This document shows positions 27,801 through 34,632 of a stretch of 34,632 nt of DNA, piece by piece. This DNA comes from Methanobacteriota archaeon (GTDB taxonomy: Archaea > Thermoplasmatota > Poseidoniia > Poseidoniales > Poseidoniaceae). Where the stretch lies: contig JAAZUV010000002.1 of the NCBI GenBank assembly GCA_018623995.1, forward strand, positions 1-34,632, written 5' to 3'. The notes under the pieces are model-generated. The model was not told the origin of the DNA and did no database searches. It saw only the letters and a list, made by a program, of their open reading frames with translations. The stretch's first letter is position 1; every line of letters starts with the position of its first letter. The position numbers and the translations under genes were made by a program.

Positions 27801-28363
27801 TTCCAATCAGGAGCTTCATACATGTGGCCGCCGTTGTTGCCTGTGGCGACAATGACTCGAGTGCTATCTCCGGACCATGTGACTGAATTGAAAAAGAAAT
27901 TATCGCCTGTGGAGCGAGATTGACTGACTACCTCCGTCCATGTCGCTGTTTCAACGACCGAGAATGTTTCTGGTGAGCGCAAAGCTAGGTACTGCCCGTC
28001 TGGCGAAAACATGACATCTCGCAAAGAATCACTGTTCTGAATCGTGTGAAGGAGGCTCAAATCATGCGTGTTGTATACGATCACATCGCCAGTTTCATCA
28101 TCGCACCCTTCTGAGTAAATGGCAAGCATGTCGAGAGTGCTGGTCGCAGTAATGAGGTAATCAGATCCATAGTAACTCCTACAGCCATCATCAACAAAAA
28201 TTTCCCTGTGAATCACCCAATCTCCATAATGCACTGAACGCCCTGAAGTCCCTTGATTGGCGGCTTCCTCCGGAGAAAATTCATGCATGTGGATTGGACT
28301 TGTTGAACAGAGAACGAAGAGCAGTGAAAGAAAAAATGGAAGAATCGTAATACGACTACTCAT
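24818..28363 (-). CDS. Membrane-anchored surface protein with two WD40-like beta-propellers and thrombospondin type-3 repeats
   Basis: Signal peptide. WD40-like blades (FSPDGQYLA, WSGDSTRV, ASPDGDAL, FAPNGDFI, WSPDSQEL, FSRDGGWL). 4 + 8 DxDGDGxxDxxDxCP repeats. TM helix and a Trp-rich cytoplasmic tail. Confidence 0.9.
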   Translation of the reverse strand: MSSRITILPFFLSLLFVLCSTSPIHMHEFSPEEAANQGTSGRSVHYGDWVIHREIFVDDGCRSYYGSDYLITATSTLDMLAIYSEGCDDETGDVIVYNTHDLSLLHTIQNSDSLRDVMFSPDGQYLALRSPETFSVVETATWTEVVSQSRSTGDNFFFNSVTWSGDSTRVIVATGNNGGHMYEAPDWNEVEGASSTGILVTHHPSEEKIWYVGSDGSGNVYEYQDVPLAGKRWVLTRSFTIQSPVYDLAASPDGDALIANDGSSTYVYTTNDYTLSDTIQYTTGEAKFSHDGTSFLQTIGSYSTGDIGIYSTMDWDFERDLDVSYGNKDASFSANDSEIFVLISGGYDTTKLVGYMPDQDEDGVDDSKDQCPETPPEEESNTSGCSSSQRDTDGDGINDKFDDCPRTKDTSSVDARGCSVSQLLDSDGDGIADSDDVCPDSAANSKTDRNGCSSVQRDTDGDGLSDESDECPLDAFNDCPENILWDFNGTHIENSKDYGYLEFAPNGDFIAARKSPSYGDVFVMDKDLSVVYTIYAPGDYYFNDYEWSPDSQELLLTISNDDSECEFQTWNVQTQVLSELQVFLSDCRGVRADSTTYSHDGNMVVLSAYNSGYRVETILLDSSMQSILLQDSNFAPSMFQFSRDGGWLFGGDGSQIVVWDAQNYEFVETRAMRGSDTMQLTSDGGHFLLHSDEEIMTYSASKLTTTTTVAVTENDSEIIDIQFSKNQKMIYVTVLLEYCSWRCDDEQEGATTILKTYSIDEGNLSFLAESEVYRSSDVVAPLYHPDEEVVLIKPGQSDNYISMTKDSDGDGFNNSVDACPLTDIQWVVDETGCSEEQLDDDDDGVANFVDLCMDSPAGVSTDENGCTEGQVDEDFDGICNDDAPSDGPSDCTGEDKCPGTSTGVSTDSNGCSWAQQDSDGDGVDNGNDLCEYTEIPGDADANGCDRKQRDSDQDSINDYWDVCEATAIGAEIDDSGCSDLQVDTDLDLICNRDAASQGPSNCTSIDTCPNTEFNETVDVNGCSWNQRDDDMDGIFNKFDLCPNTLADSVAPNGCSAWQMDSDGDGVYDANDECANTGANQIANAKGCSDEQNELKGAGSDENLLTSNMLVWVAGVVVVVLIGFTMMRRKESDGFEEAPSIEYPQYATRGAMRDGMEWIEHPSGSQQWFYRDPSTQQWVHRK

Positions 28364-28473
28364 TGAATAGATTCTCTGCACTGACCTACATAGGTGTTTA
28401 GCCGACACTTTGCATGAGAAAACACAGGGATAATGTTCAAGTCCATCGGGGTGTTGGTCGAAGAGTGAGTCAA

Positions 28474-29403
28474 ATGTCAGATGTTCACAATGTCATCATT
28501 ATCGGTTCTGGACCTGCTGGATATACTGCTGGTTTGTACGCAGCTCGAGCTATGCTCGAGCCACTCATGTTCGCTGGATACATGTCCGGTGGCCAGTTGA
28601 TGCTCACCAGCGATATCGAGAATTTCCCTGGCTATCCGGAAGGTATCGGCGGTCCTGAGATGATGATGCAACTTCGTGAGCAAGCTGAGCGATTTGGTTT
28701 GAACGTTCACGACAAGAACGTTGAATCCGTTGACACGTCCTCTCGACCGTTCAAGGTCACCGTTGAAGGTGAGGATTTCTTTGCGCATTCGCTGATTGTT
28801 TGTACTGGAGCAGAATCCATTTGGCTTGATGCTCCTGGTGAAGCGCAGCAAAAAGGACGAGGCATTTCCACCTGTGCAACGTGCGATGGAGCCTTTTTCC
28901 GAGAAGAGGAAGTTCTCGTTATCGGTGGTGGAGATTCTGCCTGTGAGGAAGCAACCTTCCTCACTCGATTTGCTTCAAAGGTCACGTTGGTTCACCGTCG
29001 AGATGTGTTCCGAGCATCGACCATCATGTACGAACGTGCTGCGAACCATCCGAAGATTGAGATCAAAACCTTCCGTCAAGTCAAGGAATGGCTGAGCGAT
29101 GAGAAGGGACTGACTGGAGCCGTTCTCGAGGATCCAAGAGATGGGTCGACCGAAGAGATTGCTGCAACTGGGGCGTTCATTGCCATTGGTCACAAACCGA
29201 TTACAAACTTCCTTGGTGGACAGGTTGAAACGGATGAAAATGGGTACATTATTCACAAGAACCACACCATGACTTCGGTTGATGGTGTCTTTGCAGCAGG
29301 CGACGTTGTTGATACTCGTTACAAGCAAGCCATTACCGCAGCGGGAATGGGTTGCCAAGCCGCTATCGATGCAGAAAAGTGGCTTGAGGAAAACGTTCAT
29401 TGA
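28474..29403 (+). CDS. trxB: Thioredoxin-disulfide reductase
   Basis: IIGSGPAGYTA, GGQL, CATCDG, GGGDSA, VHRRD, VFAAGDV, QAITAAG. Confidence 0.97.
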   Translation: MSDVHNVIIIGSGPAGYTAGLYAARAMLEPLMFAGYMSGGQLMLTSDIENFPGYPEGIGGPEMMMQLREQAERFGLNVHDKNVESVDTSSRPFKVTVEGEDFFAHSLIVCTGAESIWLDAPGEAQQKGRGISTCATCDGAFFREEEVLVIGGGDSACEEATFLTRFASKVTLVHRRDVFRASTIMYERAANHPKIEIKTFRQVKEWLSDEKGLTGAVLEDPRDGSTEEIAATGAFIAIGHKPITNFLGGQVETDENGYIIHKNHTMTSVDGVFAAGDVVDTRYKQAITAAGMGCQAAIDAEKWLEENVH

Positions 29404-29443
29404 GCAACGATGTCTATTTGATTGAGCATCAATACGCATCAAC

Positions 29444-30598
29444 ATGGTCGATATGCAACGGCATGCCCGTCATCTTGTCCTTCCACAAGTTGGAATTGAG
29501 GGACAGGAGAAGTTGGCCAAGGCCAAAGTGTTCGTTGTGGGTGCAGGTGGGCTTGGCAGCCCTGTTCTTCTCTATCTCGCCGCAGCTGGTGTTGGGACCA
29601 TTGGTGTCATCGATGATGATTTGGTCGACATTTCGAATCTTCAACGCCAAGTCCTTCATCGAACCGAAGACGTTGGTCGGTTGAAGGTTGATTCTGCCAA
29701 AGAACAACTTCTCGCACTTGATCCAAACCTGAACATTGTCGAGCACAAGGAGAGGCTTAGCCCTGAAAACGCACTTGAACTGTTCAAGGGCTGGGACGTC
29801 ATTGTTGATGGAACGGACAACATTCCTACACGATACTTAATCGATGATGCTTGTCACCTTCTCTCGATTCCTTGGGTCTACGGTTCGATCCACCGATTTG
29901 AGGGTCAAGTCTCGTTCTTTTCCTCAAAAGAAGACCGCCGTTATCGGGATCTGTTCCCCGAAGCACCTCCGGCTGGAGCGCTGCAAAACTGTGCTGAAGC
30001 TGGAGTGTTTGGTGTTCTTCCGGGCGTTGTCGGCAGTCTTCAGGCAACGGAGGTCATCAAACACATTATTGGAATGGGATCGAGCCTCATTGGGCGCCTC
30101 CTCCTGTACGATGCAGAGTCAATGAGCATGCAATCACTGCACTTTGGTCCTCTTGACTCGAAGCCAGAGATCACGGATTTGTCCTATGCTCAGGCGTTGT
30201 TTGACGATCCTACCTACTGCACGCCACGCCCTCAGCAAGTTCAAGAAGACGAGGCTGCACGGGATTCCATGATGCAATCCATCACCGTGCCTGAATTGAA
30301 ATCAAAGCAGCAAACAGGATGGAATCCATTCATTATCGACGTTCGTAGCGATGAGGAACTTCAACAAGTTCGACTTGCAACATTCGATTTGCATGTCATC
30401 CACGATGTTGCGAATACGGCCTCGAACGATGTTCCTAGCGACCGTGATGTTGTGGTCATGTGTCGAAGTGGTATGCGTTCTCAAATGGCCATTATGTTGC
30501 TCAATCAAGCGGGTATCGATTCCAGTCGCTTGTACAACCTCACCGGTGGCATCATGGCATGGGGCCAAATCGCTCCAGAAGACATTGTTCACGGCTAA
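29444..30598 (+). CDS. moeB: MoeB/ThiF E1-like adenylyltransferase with C-terminal rhodanese domain (MoeZ/Uba4-like)
   Basis: VGAGGLGSP, SNLQRQ, DGTDN...RY, CAEAGV. Rhodanese IIDVR...CRSGMRS...LTGGIMAW. Confidence 0.9.
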   Translation: MVDMQRHARHLVLPQVGIEGQEKLAKAKVFVVGAGGLGSPVLLYLAAAGVGTIGVIDDDLVDISNLQRQVLHRTEDVGRLKVDSAKEQLLALDPNLNIVEHKERLSPENALELFKGWDVIVDGTDNIPTRYLIDDACHLLSIPWVYGSIHRFEGQVSFFSSKEDRRYRDLFPEAPPAGALQNCAEAGVFGVLPGVVGSLQATEVIKHIIGMGSSLIGRLLLYDAESMSMQSLHFGPLDSKPEITDLSYAQALFDDPTYCTPRPQQVQEDEAARDSMMQSITVPELKSKQQTGWNPFIIDVRSDEELQQVRLATFDLHVIHDVANTASNDVPSDRDVVVMCRSGMRSQMAIMLLNQAGIDSSRLYNLTGGIMAWGQIAPEDIVHG

Positions 30599-30648
30599 TT
30601 TGTGGGTGAGGTTCAAAGAGCCGGAGGTCTCGTTTCCTCTTGGTCATC

Positions 30649-31674
30649 ATGGGAAAGGTCATCGTTGCTGACGAGAATCAGGGTCGTCGTACCCTTCTCG
30701 CATCAACGCTTGAACGTGAAGGATTTGATGTTACCCGGGCCGGAACACTTCGTCAAGCAGAAGGAACAGCCCTTGCCGTCATGCCCGAGGTGGTTCTGCT
30801 TGATGGTGAGTGGAAATCAGGCGATGCCATTGATGCTGCTCAACGATTGATGGGCGATCCTGAATTTGCGTTCAAGTGCCGAATTGTCCTATTGTCTCGA
30901 TCCACGACTCCGGATTTCATGTTGGTCGCTGCGAAGGCTGGAATTCACGAAGTAATTGGTAAACCGGTCGACATGAAGGTTCTTGTCGACCAACTTTGGA
31001 AACACAGTCGCAAACAATTCGTTCCTCCTCCAGCAGACGTTACGCTCGATACCGGAGGTGGTTCGTTCGATGTCGCGGTAATGGCCGGTGGAGGGGGATG
31101 GGCGTTACCCATGCTCAAGGGGCTCGTAGGACCCGACCGAATCAACGAGTCCTTCATCAACGAAATTCTTGTTCAGATGGGCGAAGAAGGAATGGATGTT
31201 GACTTGGATTTGGAAGCAACGGATTTGTCCAATCTTCTTCGCGTTGCACTCAACCGCTTGGTGCAAGAAGGCGGAGAGGGAGGCGAAGCAACTGGGCCGT
31301 CGTTTGAAGATTTGAAGAAAAAGAAATCTCTGGGCGATTTAAACGAGCAACCAACGCCTGTTTCAGCAGGTGGAATGGAATCGATTTTGGAACAGCAAGC
31401 GGCAAACATTGCCGACGAGATTGAATCAAAAATGGATGATATCCTCGATGAAGTGCCAGAACAAATTGCGCTCCTTCCTGAGGATGATATGGACCGCATC
31501 GACCCTCAAGTCTTGCGCATGACACGACTGACCACAGAAATGGTTCATGAATTGATGTGGGATTTAGGACGGCCAGGGGCCGTCGCTGATATCACACTCA
31601 TGACACGAATAGAGGATGCAACAGAAATGCTTGGTGATGTCCTCTCATCATTGCCTGAATCGGAAGAGGAATGA
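30649..31674 (+). CDS. Response-regulator receiver domain protein with uncharacterised acidic C-terminal region
   Basis: KVIVADE, VVLLD (phospho-acceptor position), IVLLS, IGKP. Confidence 0.82.
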   Translation: MGKVIVADENQGRRTLLASTLEREGFDVTRAGTLRQAEGTALAVMPEVVLLDGEWKSGDAIDAAQRLMGDPEFAFKCRIVLLSRSTTPDFMLVAAKAGIHEVIGKPVDMKVLVDQLWKHSRKQFVPPPADVTLDTGGGSFDVAVMAGGGGWALPMLKGLVGPDRINESFINEILVQMGEEGMDVDLDLEATDLSNLLRVALNRLVQEGGEGGEATGPSFEDLKKKKSLGDLNEQPTPVSAGGMESILEQQAANIADEIESKMDDILDEVPEQIALLPEDDMDRIDPQVLRMTRLTTEMVHELMWDLGRPGAVADITLMTRIEDATEMLGDVLSSLPESEEE

Positions 31675-31678
31675 CGGT

Positions 31679-32476
31679 ATGAAGAAGATTCCACGGCCAT
31701 CGGTTTCGCAACTTCCGAAGCCTTCGGAACTGCATCTCATCGATGGTCGAAAAAACCTCCAGCAAATGAAGCAACAAAAGGTTCGATTGTATCAATGGCG
31801 AGCATTGTTTGGTCTTGCAGTATTGGTTCTCTGTGGTGTTGCAGGCTACTTTTTGTTTCAAGATGCTGCGAACATCATTGATTGGATCAAAAGTTTCGGA
31901 ATTTGGTCACCTGTATTGTTCACGATTGCACTTTCGTTGGCGATTGTTCTTCTTTTGCCAACACCATTTGTGAAAGTTGGTGCAGGCGCCATATTCCCGT
32001 TCTGGATGGCTGTCATCGTGAACTTTGTCGCATCCATGGTTGGAGGTTTGATTGCATTTGTTCTTGGAAGATGGCTCTTCCGAGAATCCATTCAAGAGGC
32101 CATCCAAAACGATCAGAGGATGCTCAACATCGAAGCTGCACTGGGCGAAGATGCGATGCGAATCTCGGTCTTAGTACGTCTTTCACCGATTCTTCCTGAC
32201 GAGTGGCTCAACTACATCATGTCGGCAACTCCTGTGACACCTCGCGTCTTCTTACTCTCGAATCTTTCAAGTCTGATTTATTGCCTGATTTACGCTTACT
32301 ACGGCCATGCTCTGGGTTCGATTGCTCTCAGTCGATCGGGGATGGCAGGCCTAACTGAGTCGAGTGGAGGACTGTTCTTACTTCTCCTCGGTATTGTTGC
32401 AACAGTCTTGGCGACTGTTATCGTGACGCGTACCTCAATTCGCGTGCTCAAGGACGCTATCGGGGAAGAAGAGTGA
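31679..32476 (+). CDS. TVP38/TMEM64 (DedA/VTT superfamily) membrane protein
   Basis: LLLPTP...GAGAIF, GGLIAFVLGRWL, LVRLSPILP...LNY. Confidence 0.9.
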   Translation: MKKIPRPSVSQLPKPSELHLIDGRKNLQQMKQQKVRLYQWRALFGLAVLVLCGVAGYFLFQDAANIIDWIKSFGIWSPVLFTIALSLAIVLLLPTPFVKVGAGAIFPFWMAVIVNFVASMVGGLIAFVLGRWLFRESIQEAIQNDQRMLNIEAALGEDAMRISVLVRLSPILPDEWLNYIMSATPVTPRVFLLSNLSSLIYCLIYAYYGHALGSIALSRSGMAGLTESSGGLFLLLLGIVATVLATVIVTRTSIRVLKDAIGEEE

Positions 32477-32546
32477 GGCATTTTGCCAAATCCATGAATC
32501 CATAGCCTTGATACAAGGTGTCTCTTGGCCAACATGGGGCGGGGTC

Positions 32547-34632
32547 ATGACACAAGGTGCACAACCAGTCATTCACGGTGCTGAATGGACGCCAAGTGAA
32601 GCGCTAACCTTCACACAACCGCTGCTTATTGATGCCGCTCGTGCAGAAGTGATGCGCTTCTTTTCAGAACGCCACGAAGGACACGTTTTCTTGGCAGCCA
32701 ACATCTGGGATCATCTCCATGTGGATGGTCAACATTCCTTTGATGGTGCATCTTGGCATGCGTTCAGTGAACGTTTTGTTGATGCATTCAAGCGAGGGTT
32801 TGAAGCACAAAACACACACAAGATTTCGACCATTCTCGAAGAAGAGGTGATGCCACGAAGAACCATCGAAGAGCATCTTCAACGACGAATGAAGCATCTT
32901 ATTGTCGATCTTCGTTTGTGCCTCAGGCGCCTTGCTCATTACATGTCGACAACGATGGAGCAGCGAATGGAATGGCAGCGTATGATGACGCGTACCCGCG
33001 CCATGGATGCGCACCTCAAAGAAGTGTTCTTTTCTGGTATGGAAACGCCTGACGGCTCTCGATTTGGAGGCAAGGGATTCCGCTCAACGTGGCAAGAAGG
33101 TGTTGTTGCCGTTGCTACAGCATTGAAGCGCACTGATGAGCCAGACAAATCACAAACACCCGGAAACGGGTATGATGGCGACCTCGTTGCTCCGATGATT
33201 CGTGATGTTGGCCTTGCACTCGCCATGGGTGACACGGTTGTTGATGTCATGGCCGCTCAAATGGGCAAGGCAGGATCAAACCAAAACGGTGGCCACGATG
33301 GTGCTGGAGGGCGTGATTTGCACATCGGTGCTTGGCATGTCGGTGTACTTCCACCTACAGCACCACTTCCTATTGCCAGTGCAACCATGACGGGTCTTGC
33401 TTTTGCAGGATGGAAGCAATCGCTCGATCGTTTCCACGTTGCATGCATCGGAGAGGGAGCCTCGTCCTCTGGAGAGTATTGGGAAGCCATCAACTTAGCA
33501 GGTGCACGAGGACTGCCGATTTGCTACATCCTCCAGAACAACCAGATTGCGCTTGACACGCCTCCTGCGCACCAATCAGGCGTTGAATTGTGGGCAGATA
33601 AGGCCGTAGCAATGGGATTCCCTGCATGGACCATCGATGGTTCTGATCCTGCAGCGTGGCATGCAAGTGTCGCTACAGCACGAGAATTTGGACTCGAAGG
33701 TGGTGGTCCGACCATGATTCATGTTGAAACCATGCGTGGTTGCGGTCACGCACACCATCACGATGACCTCTATCTCGGTTCAGAAACCGGAACACCTCCA
33801 GGTTACGTCGATCGTGATCTCCTCGAATATTGGGCGAACAAAGACCCTATCCCCTCACACCGTGAGTTGTTGTTGACACTTGGTGCCAGTGAAGAGCAAC
33901 TCGCTGCAATGGAATCTGAAGAACAACAGCATGTTGATGAAGCTCGCCAAGCAGTTGAAGCGATGGCATGGCCTGAGCCAGAAACCGTGACGAAGGGTGT
34001 TACAACACTCCATGATGCAAGGACGCATGATGACCATCTCGCCACGATTGGAGCCGTTCCAAACACGCAATCCAGAGCATCCCGTCAACCACTGGAGTAC
34101 GTCGAATCTGGTGGATGGACGTATGCTCGAGCCATTCAACAAGCCATGGTCGACATTGCGAACATGCATGGAGATGATTGTGTCTTCATTGGAGAAGATA
34201 TGGAGGTCGCTGGAGCATTTGGAATGAACATGGCCCTGAAGAACGCAGGACACCAAGAAAAGTTGGTCGATATGCCTCTCTGTGAGGCCATTATCGTTCA
34301 CACTGGTGTCGGAGCCGCCCTCTCTGGCATGCGTCCAATGGTTGAGATTCAATTTGGAGGATTTGCTGCTCTCGGTTTCAATGCCCTCATCAACAATGCA
34401 GCAATGTTACGCTGGCGCTGGGGTGCTGATTGTCCCATGACCATTCGTGTTCCACTTGGCGCACGCACTCGCTCGGGTCCGTTCCATGCGAACATGATCG
34501 AATCGTGGTTTGCCAACGACCCCGGACTGGTCGTCCTTGCCCCAGGAACGCCGCAAGATGCCTACGACCTATTGGTCGAAGCGGCACATCTTGATGATCC
34601 AGTCCTGTTCCTCGAACACATTGGACTGTATG
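32547..34632 (+). CDS. 2-oxoacid dehydrogenase E1 alpha/beta fusion with N-terminal extension, 3'-truncated
   Basis: Hand-translated open frame from ATG 32547 to the window end (absent from the ORF track). TPP motif IGEGASSSG...QNNQ. E1-beta motifs FIGED, DMPLCE, MRPMVEIQF, GPFH, PGLVVLAP, DPVLFLEH. Confidence 0.88.
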   Translation, partial: MTQGAQPVIHGAEWTPSEALTFTQPLLIDAARAEVMRFFSERHEGHVFLAANIWDHLHVDGQHSFDGASWHAFSERFVDAFKRGFEAQNTHKISTILEEEVMPRRTIEEHLQRRMKHLIVDLRLCLRRLAHYMSTTMEQRMEWQRMMTRTRAMDAHLKEVFFSGMETPDGSRFGGKGFRSTWQEGVVAVATALKRTDEPDKSQTPGNGYDGDLVAPMIRDVGLALAMGDTVVDVMAAQMGKAGSNQNGGHDGAGGRDLHIGAWHVGVLPPTAPLPIASATMTGLAFAGWKQSLDRFHVACIGEGASSSGEYWEAINLAGARGLPICYILQNNQIALDTPPAHQSGVELWADKAVAMGFPAWTIDGSDPAAWHASVATAREFGLEGGGPTMIHVETMRGCGHAHHHDDLYLGSETGTPPGYVDRDLLEYWANKDPIPSHRELLLTLGASEEQLAAMESEEQQHVDEARQAVEAMAWPEPETVTKGVTTLHDARTHDDHLATIGAVPNTQSRASRQPLEYVESGGWTYARAIQQAMVDIANMHGDDCVFIGEDMEVAGAFGMNMALKNAGHQEKLVDMPLCEAIIVHTGVGAALSGMRPMVEIQFGGFAALGFNALINNAAMLRWRWGADCPMTIRVPLGARTRSGPFHANMIESWFANDPGLVVLAPGTPQDAYDLLVEAAHLDDPVLFLEHIGLY

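Noticed and set aside
31616..31678. Longer N-terminus for the TVP38 protein, and similar upstream extensions for trxB, ribB, gpsA and nfo
   Set aside because: The extensions overlap neighbouring genes or promoter regions. Downstream ATGs match the family N-termini better.
32664..34587. Short ORFs listed in the track for the last 2 kb
   Set aside because: All are shadows of the long plus-strand E1 fusion that runs off the window end.

Overview
Gene-dense archaeal chromosome segment, most consistent with Marine Group II Euryarchaeota (Ca. Poseidoniales). This is inferred from archaeal-type RibB, RibL, endonuclease IV and Gar1, TATA-type promoters, bacterial-type GpsA, and giant acidic surface proteins. 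I call 26 CDS, two of them truncated by the window edges. The last, an E1 alpha/beta fusion from 32547, is absent from the ORF track. I found no rRNA, tRNA, CRISPR or mobile element. The strongest signal is at 15581-19403: an operon that would auto-annotate as a phosphonate ABC transporter (phnDCE). Its lipoprotein, however, is a two-lobed protein carrying the transferrin Asp/Tyr/Tyr/His iron ligands and transferrin signature motifs in both lobes. It is preceded by two tandem TTTTAGG-N4-CCT/GAAAA palindromes of the DtxR/MntR/SirR type flanking the TATA box. Together these suggest a metal-regulated archaeal 'transferrin' ABC uptake system. The second highlight is an archaeal Gar1-like domain fused to two RanBP2 zinc fingers and an RGG repeat tail. 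Other notable items are an integrin-alpha-like 2,222-aa surface protein, three hairpins upstream of ahcY, and a palindrome upstream of a mosaic riboflavin operon. All family assignments come from motif recognition by eye, not from database searches.
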